Source: the human T2T-CHM13v2.0 reference genome, Homo sapiens. Taken from it: DNA of 64,000 nt. The stretch lies in the NCBI RefSeq assembly GCF_009914755.1, contig NC_060943.1, one strand, 5' to 3'. Each line of letters starts with the position of its first letter. The first letter of the stretch is position 1. Positions 17,664 through 31,716 of the stretch are shown piece by piece. Both the position numbers and the translations under genes were made by a program. Below the pieces are notes generated by a model. The model worked only from the letters and a program-made list of their open reading frames with translations. It was not told where the DNA came from and made no database searches.

Positions 17664-19369
17664 GAGACTTTTCTTGGAAAATCAAAGGTTCTAGTGCCCA
17701 CAGTTGGTTAGAGTTGAGTGACACTGTGCTCCAGGAGAGAACGGCTGTTTTGCATACTCATCTGATCTGTGTGGTTCTGCCTGCATGCAAGTGTGTGGCA
17801 CATATAACAGATAAACACAAAGCAATGAACCACAAACATCATGGAGGTCACCATAGGACTCTTGACCCCCTGGAAACCTTGGGAGGCAGCCTGAGTGGTC
17901 CCCTCAGTAGATGGGACTCATTTATGGCCTAAGTGGCCAATCACTCAACTAGACAGAGCTGCTGGCAGGGTCTGGGGCTGCCTGTACCATGGGGCTGCCC
18001 AGGCAATGCAGACCTGAGTCTCAGGCAGAGTCCAGCCTTGGTTGGGCAGGGCTAGGCAGGCCCAATGCCTGGCTCTTTTGGCATGGATCTGGCCATGTCC
18101 GGAGGCCTGGGATTTGCTAGAGTTAGCCCAGAGCGCTTGGGTAGAAGAGCACATCCAGATGCAGAGGCCTTGGCTGGGAAGCGGTTCTCAGCTCAGGTAG
18201 ACTCAGCATCTGCCTGTGCCGGCCAAATGAAAGAGCAGATGTAGACCGCACCCCGGAGCCTGTGAAATGTGCTGTTAGGCCTCTCCTTGTGGTTGCTGCC
18301 CCACCCCGTCTAGGCCAACGTTGTAAGTAGTTTGCCTCCTGAGCACTCTGAAATGGGCCCTCTGAGGAAAGAATGCCTGGGAAACAGCTGGGATGTTTCC
18401 AGTGGAGCACAAGACCCTGGGGCTGCTGGGGCTCTAAGGAGGTTCACAGCTCAACCTCTGGGTGTGCCTGGCTAGAAACATGCCCTGGCCGGGGCTCACT
18501 TTCATCTCCAAAGCCTTCCCCTGTGCCCCTTGTTGGATAGGAAGCCCGGAAAGGGAAGCGAGGGCTTTGAGATAGAGGGCAGGGGTGGTTCTTCCAATCA
18601 TTTAGCGATTACGAGGAAATTAAAATTGAGCTTGTTTCTTTGTGAACATAAGTCCAAAGGGGAAGGGTTTATCCCCTGGAACAGCGTGCCCACCTGGAGC
18701 ACTTAACTGAGGAACTGGGATGATCGGAAGAAACCACCCAAACCAAGCCCTTTAGCGACCCGGCAGGAGGTGGAACTGTATAGAGAAATGGACAGAAAGA
18801 GCAATGCAGCCCTTTCATCCCAGTGCAGAAGGCAGAGGAAGCATGGGTGGAGAACTTTCTAGAACCTTGCATAGCACGTGCATTCAGAAAACCCTTGAAA
18901 GCTCATGAAGCAGCCCCTAATTCACCAGGCCTGGGCCCGTGGAGACTCCAATGCTAGGAATTAGCCTTTCTTGTTTCTCAGCTCTGGCTTTTATTCTCTG
19001 GAGCAGTGAGGGCCAAGGCCTATTTTGAACTCTAAAGACAGTGGGTGGAGTGAAGGGATGCTATCTTCCTGTGCACTCGCATGCTGTGTGTGAGTGTGAG
19101 AGTGCGTGTGCGTGAACTCTGCTAGCCTGCTATATGATATGTCTCCTCCAAAAGCCATGAGAGCAGAGAACCTACCTCTTTGGTCTTTACTCAGTTTCCA
19201 GGGTCAAGAAGGGAGGTTTCAGGTGTTTATTCATTCATCCATTGGTTCACTCCATCAAAAAAATGTGTGTGAATCAAACTGAAGGTTTCTGAGTCAGTGG
19301 GTGACAAGTATGTGCACAAGTAGCACTGGCTCTATTCAGGAGACTTAGTTTACTCCTAAACGAGCTTAG

Positions 19370-20249
<880 letters not shown>

Positions 20250-22495
20250 TCCTGTGTGCCTTTCAAACATGTATCCATTGGAAATAGACACACACATCCT
20301 CTGTGCATCCCCACAGTCCCCACCCAGAAAGGCAGCCCTCCACATTCCCAGGCTTGAGAGGAAAGTCCACCTTCCCCCTCTTTAGCTCCGCTAATGAATG
20401 CCCGTGCTTTCTCTATGGCCCCTTTGCCTGCCAGATGCACATAATCATTTCCAGGTGCATTTCTAAAACACAGCCTGAGTCCCACCAGGCACCTGCGGGC
20501 CTCACCTCTGCAGGCTTTCATCGCCTGGCCCTCCCGCAGGGCTTGCTCTCACTCGTAGGGCAGGATCTTGAGTTTCTAGGTAGGCTTGCCTGCTGTGGGC
20601 CCCATCACAACCCCTCTAAGTTTCGGGGACTGCCTCTGTTACACCTGATCACTGGGCTTCCAGATAAGCTGAATCAGCCATGACATCCTGCTGCCCAGAA
20701 GTGCCCCATCCCAGCCTGGCCTGCGATGGGATGTCTACATAGCAGTAGCTCAATGAGTCTGAGTCTAACCTGGGACTGACTCCAAGAAGGGGGAAATTAC
20801 TGCCTGAAATTCTCTGTGCCTTTACCCCAAAGGGGATAGAGACTTCCTCCTAGATTCCTGTCATTGGTCTAGCTAGAGATGACTGTGACCTTTACGTTTA
20901 GAGAAACAGATTCCCTGCTGGGTTCCCTTCCTAGACCTAAGGGCCACCTCTGAAAAAGTGTCCAGGAGAGATCTCAGCTGCTCATAGCAACTGGCACCCT
21001 TGTTCTGATAAGGCAGGCAGGGTAACCACGGTTCTGGCACGTGATCTGGAGATGACATGGCATCTCCTGCTCAGAACCAGGCTGGTGGCCCTCTTGCTCA
21101 CAAAGTCCACGCCCCCAAATGCCCTGTGCCTGGAGAACTGGGACTCATGCCTTCCGCTGAGACTAGACACAGTGAAATGTCTTCAGAAGACACCATTCAC
21201 TGACGATTTGTTGTTACTTTTTAGATCAGTCTATTTTACAATAGAACAGAGGAAGGGGAGGGGGAATAGTTGAGGTTCCTGGAAGAAATAATTGTGGATA
21301 TTGACAGGGCACCATTGTGAATAAGAGAGCGGGGACTGTCACAGTCCCCATTCCTTCCAGAGAGCCTTTTGATTGCAAAGTCTGGAAAAGACCTGGGATT
21401 GCTAACAAATTCTTGGAATATATTTAAATCTGCAGTCGTTTACCTTCTTCCCCTTCTCTATCCCACAATGCCAGCAAATGTAAGTTGTCTCTTCTGGTAT
21501 CTTTTTCCACCGTGGAAAGAACAATAGAAGTTGGGGGTGTTGAATTTAAATAAATATTTAATTCATGAAAATTATCTTATATGTTTTAAAACACTCTTTA
21601 AAGCTATTTTTATTCTCTAGAAAGCGCTTATTATAGGTAAATTACACATTTTACTACCGGAGCATTAGGTTTGCCATTAGTACAAATTTAAGGCACTACA
21701 AAGACCAGTAGATAATGTTAATTTCAAATACAGAAACTAAATATATTTTGTGCCTTTTTATTACTCATTTTCTTTTAAGTTTTATTGACTGCTTTTTATC
21801 TTAACTATATGTCTTTACATGCTGCAATCATAATGCACTGTAATGGTATTAATATTTTATAGAATATGTATTTATAGTTCTTTATTTAGAAACAGTGCAG
21901 TAGGTCTGCAGATATCTGAGCCCGTCTGGAATGGTGCCCTCCAAATAATGATAAATTACTTGTGCAGTATGCCATTTGCTAATTATATCCATGATTTACT
22001 GCAGAGCAAGACTTAAATCATTCATTTCAGTCTTGCGTAACAGTGCCATAAAATTTTTAGGTTTAAAAATGGTTTCCATGTGTATAATTTAAACAAATTT
22101 TAGATCTATTGTATACACAAAATATTGCAACCACCCATTTGTTACATACTTTCTCTTTTTAAACTTCTACTTTTAATGATCACTGTGGCTGAAATTATTA
22201 TGCTTAATTTTCATAATCATAGCTTTTAAATCTACAGCCGTTTTCACATGTTAGATAAAGAAAAAGATAGCTAATTGTGTGTAGATAGTATGTCATTCCT
22301 GAATAGTCCCAAATGGTACAAAATCATTAAAAAAGCTTAAGAGTACGAATTATTCTTCTATTAAAAAACAGTTGTTCTCTAATTATTAGTTTGAGCTGCT
22401 TTGTTTCAAAGAACAAATGTTGATCCTTCCAGCCTCGTTCAGCACACCAAAATGAGATAAACGCCTCTTTTTTTTCTTATATCAAAATCTTGCAG

Positions 22496-24067
22496 GTGAG
22501 AAACCCTACAAGTGTCCGCACTGTGACTATGCCGGCACGCAGTCAGCATCCTTAAAATACCACTTAGAGCGACACCATCGGGAGCGGCAGAACGGGGCTG
22601 GGCCGCTGTCTGGGCAACCCCCAAATCAAGACCACAAGGATGAGATGTCAAGCAAAGCTTCTCTGTTCATCAGGCCAGACATCCTGAGGGGGGCCTTCAA
22701 GGGTCTCCCTGGAATCGACTTCAGAGGAGGCCCTGCATCTCAGCAGTGGACATCAGGGGTTCTCTCCTCTGGAGATCACTCGGGGCAGGCCACGGGCATG
22801 TCTTCGGAGGTCCCCTCAGATGCTCTGAAAGGCACTGACCTTCCTTCCAAAAGCACCCACTTCTCTGAGATCGGAAGAGCTTATCAAAGCATTGTGAGCA
22901 ACGGTGTGAATTTCCAAGGGTCCTTGCAAGCTTTCATGGACAGTTTTGTCCTCAGTTCCTTGAAGAAGGAGAAGGACATGAAGGACAAAGCCCTGGCTGA
23001 CCCCCCTTCCATGAAAGTCCACGGAGTGGATGGTGGTGAGGAGAAACCCAGTGGCAAGTCCTCCCAGAGGAAGTCCGAGAAATCTCAGTATGAACCCCTG
23101 GACTTGTCTGTGCGGCCAGATGCCGCCTCCCTCCCGGGCTCCTCGGTAACTGTGCAGGACAGCATTGCATGGCACGGCTGCTTGTTTTGTGCTTTCACAA
23201 CGTCCTCCATGGAGCTCATGGCCCTTCATCTCCAGGCCAACCACCTGGGCAAAGCGAAACGCAAAGATAACACCATCGGGGTCACAGTCAACTGCAAAGA
23301 CCAAGCCCGGGAGGCGAGTAAGATGGCCCTGCTGCCCTCGTTACAATCAAACAAAGACCTGGGCCTCTCCAATATGATCAGCTCTCTAGACTCTGCTTCT
23401 GAGAAGATGGCCCAAGGTCAGCTCAAGGAGACTCTGGGAGAGCAGAAGAGCGGTGCATGGACCGGCCACGTGGACCCTGCATTTTGTAACTTCCCATCAG
23501 ACTTCTACAAGCAGTTTGGTGTTTACCCAGGCATGGTTGGCTCAGGGGCCTCCAGTTCCTGCCCCAACAAGGAGCCTGATGGAAAGGCCCACTCTGAAGA
23601 GGATGTCCCCATCCTGATCCCCGAAACCACGAGTAAGAACACTACTGATGACCTCTCTGACATTGCCTCCTCAGAGGACATGGACTCCTCCAAGGGGGAG
23701 AACAACGATGAAGAGGATGTTGAAACCGAACCGGAAATGATGACCAAGCCACTGTCTGCCCTCAGCAAAGACAGCAGCAGCGATGGCGGGGACAGCCTGC
23801 AGCCCACAGGCACCTCCCAGCCCGTCCAGGGACTGGTCTCACCTTTATCCCAAGCACCGGAGAAGCAGTGGCACAGCCAGGGTCTTCTCCAAGCCCAGGA
23901 CCCCTTGGCGGGCCTGCCAAAGCCGGAGCGGGGGCCCCAGAGCCTGGACAAGCCGATGAACATGCTGTCGGTCCTCAGGGCCTACAGTTCTGATGGCTTA
24001 GCAGCCTTTAACGGACTTGCAAGTAGCACAGCAAATTCTGGATGTATCAAGAGGCCAGACTTGTGTG
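22496..24067 (+). CDS. ZNF536: ZNF536 large penultimate coding exon (1572 nt): GEKPYKCPHCDYAGTQSASLKYHLERHH finger, PLDLS motif, atypical C2H2, acidic Ser-rich tail ending ...KRPDLC
   Basis: Acceptor aaatcttgcAG|GT at 22495/22496. The frame is continuous with track ORF 22645-24078, which starts at an internal Met. Donor TGTG|GTAAGT at 24067/24068. Length is a multiple of 3. Confidence 0.96.
23095..23109 (+). other. PLDLS CtBP-binding motif (coding)
   Basis: ccc ctg gac ttg tct is in frame and encodes PLDLS, the canonical CtBP docking motif. Confidence 0.9.
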
Positions 24068-24565
24068 GTAAGTTTTAGAATCCTCTTCCTATAGTTCATT
24101 TCCCAAAACATCAGTGCTGAATTGTGCATTTAAAAAAATGAGGTAGACTTATCCATGAGCAACTTTTGAATGAAATATTTGAAAAAACCCTCAATGCTGT
24201 ATCTGCAATGTAGACAATCATAAAAGTCCATTTTGTTTAGAAGTTTTAGAACTCATACTTTTGTGTTCTAATTTGCATTATAATGTACTAAAATGCCTGT
24301 ACAGAAGGCATGGAAAAGGGGGTGGTCGCTCACCATGTGAACTACTCCTGTTTGCCATCTAGAACTTGAAGGGGGGAAAATCGACTTACAAAACAAAAAT
24401 GAAAAGAGACATGGTAACTTGCAAATTCTTCAGTATTTTCAATTTATGCAAAAGATGCCTAAAGACAATTCCTTACTGCTTTGCTAAGCCAAATCTGCTT
24501 TCTTAAACTTTTCTTTTATTGACTTAGAGGATACTAAAATCATATCACACTAACAACAGTATGGA

Positions 24566-24571
24566 AATAAA
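24566..24571 (+). terminator. Candidate intronic poly(A) signal for a read-through isoform
   Basis: AATAAA about 490 nt past the read-through stop at 24078, with GU-rich tttctgggtgtttgtg about 30 nt downstream. Confidence 0.45.
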
Positions 24572-25098
24572 GCGACCTTCTCTCCAAAGAGGGAGATGGT
24601 TTCTGGGTGTTTGTGACTCATTTTTAGACAAACCAAATGGCAGTTACTGTGACTTTGGCCTTCTGCGCTTGCCTTCTGTTTGTCTGTCTGTTCACCTGTC
24701 TGTCTGTTGCTCTAACAAGACATGTACATTGTGAAGTCCCTGAACAGTAGTGGTGTGACCCTGTGCATCTTGGATTCATGCTTGTCTGATCCTGTAGCAA
24801 ACTGACACTTCTTTATCTCCTTAAAGCATATGGGTACCCCAAAGGAATTCCAGATTTCCGAACATCATTGTAAGTTTAAGGACTAGGTTTGGATCAAATG
24901 AATGTTTGGGTGGGCAGGGGGAATCAAAGTCATTGTCTTGGCACCCTGATATCTGTATTTGGAAGCCTTTCTCCGAAAAGAAGCTCCATGCATTCTTCCC
25001 TTTGAAACCAGCTCCAAATATCCTCACCAGAGACAAATGACCATGATACATTTCCAACTGTAATTTATGAATGGATTTCTGTAATTTTACTTCACCTG

Positions 25099-25210
25099 TG
25101 GAAGGAAGGCAGGAAGGCAGGAAGGCAGGAAGGGAGGAGGGCAGGATGGAAAGAAGGAAGGAAGGAAGGGAAGGGAAGGAAAGAAAAGGGAAGGAAGGGG
25201 GGGAAATAGA
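25099..25210 (+). repeat. (GGAA)n/GA-rich low-complexity tract
   Basis: Directly visible. Confidence 0.9.
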
Positions 25211-28200
25211 AGAGAGTATTTTTGAACCTCAACATCCTGTTGTTCGTTTAAGCACAGAGAAGAATTCAGGAAGCTAGACTCTGGGTTCATAATTTAGATT
25301 GATATATTTCTTTTATTCCTCTTCTTCCCTAATTCACTAGGAACTGAATCAAGCGGTCAGAAATATTTTTTTGAATTGTCGAAAATCACTAAATGGATTT
25401 CTGACAGCTCAAAAAAATATTGACAGTTCCTTATGCTGAATGATTCACAAGGCCCCATTAACCACTACCCCCAGATCTATTTTTAGCCACATACAATTCA
25501 TTACTTTTGAAGCTGTTAAAAACAATATTTAAAAGAAGGGAAAAAAGCGTTTTATGTTAGTCCAAATTTTTTCCCCTTTTTTTTTTAAACTGGGGGAGCA
25601 ATGTTGAAGGCTTTTTTTTCTTTTTTTCATTGTTGTTTTAGGTTTGTGATCGGGGTGGTTTCTTTTTTATTGTTGTTTAGAGTCTTTTTTTTTTTAAGTC
25701 TATTTTCAGTTCTTTCAACTACCTACGTAGGACCATAGTCCCTGCCAGGAATCCATGCATCAGAAAAGATCAAAACCTGGCATGTTCATGAGCTCATTAT
25801 TATTGAAATGAGCTCATATTACCCCTATTAATTTTCCCATCTTCCTATCAGTAATGAAGGAAGGCTGCCTGGCTCGAGGAAGTTTGCCCAGTGGTATCCT
25901 TTCGCACCAGGCGAGGTTGAATGGGAAGCCAACGTCAGGGAGCCTGCCGGGTCTTGAGAGCCTTTTATCTCTGGGCTGCAAGCTCCTAGGAACTTCTCAC
26001 CTTTTCCCAAAACAGCAGCACACGACACGTCCCTGACATTTCCCCGCTATGTGCAAACCGTGTTGCCCAGTCCACCCTTCAGCCTTTGGGCAGCAGATCC
26101 TGGGATGTAAGTTGTGCCCCCCACCCCTCGCCTCTTTCATGGGGCTTGGGGACCCTCATGTCAGCCAAGCTTGAAGGCTTCCTGGTTGCTTCTGCAGCAG
26201 AGGGTTCAGGCCCCTTGTTCCGCCTTCCACTCCTGGGAAGATGCTGAAATTGACTCTGGCCACGAGCTGCCTATTTTTAGAGAGTGTGAGTTCTGCATTC
26301 CATTTGGCCCCATTTCTTCTGTGTCCTCTTGCTTTAGTTTGGAAGTAGGCAGGAAAAGACCCTCCCTGGCTCTTGCATTTGCTTGGGGGTGGGGCCACTG
26401 CCCTCTTGCCTCTAGGATGGGCCTGACTCTGCCAGTTCTCATCCCACTCCCCCCATATCTGGCCCACCATAATTGCAGTCCTCTTCTTATTTTCTTGCGG
26501 GCTACTGTGATATCCCAGAAGGTCCAGACATATTCATCCTTTCTAAAAGTTACAACCTAGGAGGAACACAAATCCAAATGGGCTGTTTTTTTTTTCTTAA
26601 ATAGTGTAATTCACTCTCTTTTTAGCATGGCAAGAAGCACAAGTGACATTTGTAAGCTTCAAACCCCCACTAGCTTCCCTTTGCAAGGGTAGAAGTGATA
26701 TTAGCACAATGAATAAAATATTTCTAATGTTTATTCCTCCTTCTCTTCTTCACTCAAAGTAGGTATGGGTTTCTAAATCCGCCTACCAGGCTGATCACTA
26801 TTTCTCCTTAAGAATCTGGGCTTTGTCAGACCAAAGCATCATTCCTAGATTTCTCATCTCAGATGGATAAAGTTGAGGGCTGGTTTTGTCTGGTTAGTAG
26901 ACCTAAATCCCCACTTTCATGATTATAGAAACAGGCTTATAGGAGGAGCTAATGTTCCCATGTTTCTTAAGGAAGGGCTCTGTTCTCAAGGGGTGTAAAA
27001 GTGTTTGAACAAGCATCAGAAATACCTAGTTCAAATCATATAAACTCCCCACAGATCTCAGCAGCTCCTCCAACCCTTGCTGTTGATTTGGAGAAGGTGG
27101 CATCTCACCCTATTCTGTGGGTGATACTCATATTGCAGGCTGTACTTTCAGGATCTTCCATCATTTCTGCATGCCTTCTTCCTAACTTTTAAAACTCTGG
27201 TCCTAAATTCCTTGGTGCCATAGAGCCAGGGTCCTGGCCAGTGTGCCCTGCCCATCCTAACAGCCAATGGATTCCTAACTCTGGTGCAGAAGGAGAGCCA
27301 CCGAGGGGAGAAGCCGACCCAGCCAGTTGGGTGGGGAGACGCCTGTTGCATATGACAGTGTCGAGAGCTTCAGTGGGAATTTTCTAAAGCTCTTTCCACA
27401 GAGGACAGCACACGGCCTGTCAGAGACATATTACAATAATCCCAAGGAAGAGGTTAAGCCATCTTGGATTAAGCCAGAGGACAGGCATCTTTGCTTCCAC
27501 AGTGGGTCAGATCCCACTAGGGGTCTGATCTCATTATAGGAAATCCCACTCCAATCAAATCCTTAGTTTCTTGAGGTGACTTCCAGTCTCCAGGCATGGG
27601 TCACATGTCTTTATTCTGTCAAAGAGCATAATGTACAAGGGTACTCCAGTGCCATCGGAGAATTTGGATATGCCCTTGGTTTTATTGGAATGTTTGACCT
27701 TGGTTTTGTAATGGGATAGACTCCACATGAGTATTTAAAGGTGGAGAGGGGAAGACCAGAGCAGTGTTTGCATCCATGGACAAAGCAAGGCAGATAAGCC
27801 CAGTCTAGTCTGAGAAATGCTAATGCACTGTTGGGTCGGCACTTGGCTGGGAAGGGGCAGGCTTCCCTGTGCACACAGCACCAAGGCTGGTCTGCACAGC
27901 ACCCATGGGGCCCACTGCATGGAACGGTTAAAAAGTGTGTTTCATCTGGGAGTTTGTGGATTTGGACAGCAACCAGATCACCCTTACTCCTTGCCTTTCA
28001 AACCTAAGAGAGATGGCCAGGGTGTGGAGTTGTTGTGTGCCAGGTCTCCCAGTCAGGCTTTGCACTGTGTCCTTTGGTGGACCCAGGGGTAGGCAGGACA
28101 GAGAAGAATGAATGACAGATGAACGGGAAAGCAGGGAAAAGAGCACACTCCCCTTTGCCCCAAGGAGCTCTGCTCTGTAGTGACTGCCACTCAGGGAAGG

Positions 28201-28236
28201 CTGGCTGAACTGGTAGCATCTGTAAGCAGGCTGAGG

Positions 28237-28392
28237 GCAGGCACTGCGGCTCACACCTGTAATCCCAGCACTCTGGGAGGCTGAGGCAGGGGCGTTGCAT
28301 AAGCCCAGGAGTTCAAGGCCACTGTGAGCTAGGATCATGACATTGCACTCGAGCCTGGGTGACAGAGTGAAACCCCTTCTGTAAAATAAACA
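28237..28392 (+). mobile_element. Alu monomer (FRAM/FAM-like or internally recombined AluJ)
   Basis: Left-arm-type start fused to a right-arm body, about 155 bp. Confidence 0.75.
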
Positions 28393-28803
28393 TGAAATAA
28401 ATATCAGCAAGTTGATTGTGGGCACGAGGCCCTATGTGCAGTGGCTACCAGACCTAGTGACCCAGTGGGCCTGGGAGGAAGTGAGGGAGAATGCAAGCCC
28501 ATTAACAGCAGTCATCCTAACATCCCCAGCTTATCATCCTCAGGTTATTGGGCAACTGGCTTCCCCAACCCAAATTATACCTGAGACTATGGAATAAAGG
28601 TCTTCTGGGCTTCCACATTAGTGAAATAATTGGGACCCCCCCCCCTCCCAAGAATTCGGGTCCATTGAAACCTATTCAAATTACATATTTTTATGTGTGA
28701 TGAGATGAACCAGGACAACCAAAGCTGAACTCTCTTAAAATGTGACTTATCTTTTCCCTAAGCCTTATAGATTTCTTGGCATAGGCAGTCGGAGAATACC
28801 TAC

Positions 28804-29106
28804 TTTTTTTTTTTTTTTTTTTTTTTTGGAGATGGAGTTTTGCTCTGTTGCCTGGGCTGGAGTGCAGTGTGCGATCTCGGCTCACGGCAACTTCCGTCTC
28901 CTGGGTTCAAGCGATTCTCCTGCCTGTCTCCCAAGTAGCTGGGATTACAGGTGCACGCCACCACACCTGGCTAATTTTGTATTTTTAGTAGAGACAGGGT
29001 TTCATCATGTTGGTCAGGCTGGTCTTGAACTTCTGACCTCAGGTGATCCGCCCACCTCAGCCTCCCAAAGTGCTGGGATTATAGGCATGAGCCACCGCGC
29101 CTGGCC
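28804..29106 (-). mobile_element. AluSx-like
   Basis: Dimer with long T tail; TSD aatacctac at 28795-28803 and 29107-29115. Confidence 0.92.
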
Positions 29107-29143
29107 AATACCTACCCTTTTACGAGCTACTCAGTCTAAAGCA

Positions 29144-29362
29144 ACAGGCAGCAAATATTTTCTTAAAGGGCCAGAGAATAAAAGTGTTGGCTCACAGGCC
29201 ATGGGGTGTCTGTGGCGACCACCCAACTCCGCTTTGGAAGTAGCACCACAGCTACCATAGACAATAGGAAAATGATGGCTGTGGTTGCGTTCTATTACAA
29301 CTTTAGGTACTGACAGGCGATGCACTGGAATTGGCCCACAGGGTCTTATTTGGTCAACCCCT
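29144..29362. mobile_element. MER58A-like DNA transposon
   Basis: gcaaatattttcttaaagggccaga...ccatagacaata...ttggcccacagg...caacccctg. Confidence 0.65.
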
Positions 29363-31708
29363 GCTCTGGTGTAAAGAGGGATGTGTTCCCGTGGTCATCC
29401 CTAGGGAATGAGTGGTGCAAACACTGGTCCTCTGTTATTCTGCTGGACAGTGAGATGGTGATGGGAGACCCCTCATCATCAGTGGCAGGGCCCCATCCAT
29501 TGTCTGGTAATGCCAAAGCCAGAGATGTGAGAGAGACTTTACAGTGGTAGAGGACTTGTTGACCCAGATGGGCCGATGCCTTGTTTCTGGGAAGCCACAC
29601 CTCTGTCTATGCATTAAAGACTTCCAGGAGAACACCCCAGCACAGTGCAACCCAGAGCTGCCCCCTCATAGCCAGCACACACAGAAGAGGAAGCGGGCAG
29701 TGGCTGTGTGTTGTCTCTGATGCAAGCTTGCTCTGTGAAAGCCTGTTTCCTCACTGATGGAAGGAAGCGTAGGGATGAAATAGATGATAGAGATAAAAGA
29801 GCTTGGATCAGTGCTTCTCAGTTGAGTTTGCATGACGTCGTGGAGCTCAGCATCCACGTGAAACTGTTGCAAGGAAATGATGTCAGTGTGCAAACATCTT
29901 CGGGTCACAATCGTCCCTTAAGCACGGCAGGCATCAACCTTACCTCCATCAGTGTTAGAGAGGCACGTTTCATTTCCTCACTTCTGCCGTGATGCATGGT
30001 TGATAGCTCTTTCTTGGTATGTGGAGAAGTTTGCTTTGAAGATGATTCTGGCAATTTTGTGATGACCTCCCATCCCAATGGTTACACTATTTCTGTGTCC
30101 ACTCCATTCTCTTCCTGATACCAGGCAAGTGCTTGGGGGTAGGAAATGAGTCCTGCCCTGCCTCAGTCTTTGACCAAGAAACGGCAAAGGTCTGCAGTCA
30201 ATTAGAGACTTGGAAGGAAGCCATGGCTGGGGTATGAAATACACAGTGAGGGCCGCATATGTGCAGACACCCTGAGTATAGGCTGTGATACACAGGCTAT
30301 GGCCATTGGTACATTTTTCATCTTGTGCAAGAGTCTACAGTGTGGCCCAGAAGCCAGCAGGTTCTAATGAAGAAGGGAGGTGAAGGTAGGAAAATGGCAT
30401 AGGAAGACAACCACAAAATCCCAATCTGCCGAGTGTGTGGGAGTGCAGGCTGTACCCAGCCAGCACAAGAAGGCAATTGGCTTGAGGGTGTGGGAGACCT
30501 GGGGCATCTCCACTGCAAGATCTTTTTGTCTCTGTTGCTGCCTTACTTTATTCAAAGACAAATGTGCTCTCATACCTCTTCCTTCTCTTTTTTGTGAGCT
30601 GATTCTCACATGGATTGGCCTCAGAGACTATGGATAAAGCACACCTTTGCATTCACCTCCTTTGCCCAATTGGATAATTTACAGATTAGCTATTGACCTC
30701 TATGGTCTGGCCTGCTCTCATTTGTACTGTGTGTCCGGGGCCTGACATTAGACCCCAGGAGGGAGGACCATTTGGCCTGCCTTGAAGTCCAAGGGCAGAA
30801 CCTTGTGAGTTAATGCAAATCACCGCCCTGTTCTGCCCCTGCTGGCTGCCTCACAACCTGCTGCAGAGCTTTTCTGTTTGACTCTGGAGGGACAAACACA
30901 GGCGATGTCCCCTAGGATCTCTTGCAGAAATCAGCACCTGGAGTGGGCTCTCCCCAGCCCTCATCCTGAGCCCTGCTGTGTGCACTGTGTCTGATGGAGA
31001 GGCAGCCTCTCTGGATGGCAGCTCTCTCCATATTCCAAAGGCATTCTTCTCCTGTTCTCCTTCCCTCTTTTTAAATTAAATGGGAATGCCACTGACGTGA
31101 TGTCGTTTGCACTGCAGGATGACAGAACTGTTGTGTGAATACCATTGTATTTGCCAAATGGTCCACTCGTCATTTCAGAACAAACAAATGGATGGTGTCT
31201 GTAAGTCGGCAAACACTGGTGACATTTAGCCTTGTTTATGTTCCTTTCCTTTTGCTGCATATTTTTGGCTCCAAAAGCTACTGGCTGAATCAACAGGGCC
31301 TCTGAATCAGGAGAGAAGTCTGGTAGCATTAATTTTAGTTGCTATGTCCATATTCTCTTCAGACTGCATGAATCCTACTGCTCAGGACCAAGTCTAGGTG
31401 AGAGGAGAGGGCAATCAACCTCTTTGGTTTCGGATGTTGTGTGCAAAGCCCAGGGTTCAAATAAGCAGTAATTATCTCCTATTACTTAGTGCTGATCAAC
31501 AGCACCTCTACGTCTAATTGCCAACCTGCCCTAATCATGTTGACTATTCTTGCTTTAGCCAGAGACAGAAGGACCAAATTTTATAAATAACACTTTATTG
31601 TCATTATTCCATTAAACGATTAGGGGATGTGGCCCTGCCCTTGCTTTCAAATGCCTCTAGCCCTGATGGTTTCTGGATTATTTAATAAATCTGCACATTT
31701 TCTTGCAG

Positions 31709-31716
31709 GTAAGTGA
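31709..31716 (+). CDS. ZNF536: ZNF536 last exon coding stub GTAAGTGA (completes Gly-Lys-stop; C-terminus ...DLCGK*)
   Basis: Strong acceptor cacattttcttgcAG at 31708. Phase matches the upstream exon. Followed by UTR-like sequence and AATAAA. Matches my recollection of the ZNF536 C-terminus. Confidence 0.85.

Noticed and set aside
22816-23963. Antisense ORFs over the large exon
   Set aside because: Shadow frames of the real coding sequence.
22645-24078. 477-aa ORF as a stand-alone gene
   Set aside because: The Met is internal; the frame is open upstream to the acceptor at 22496.
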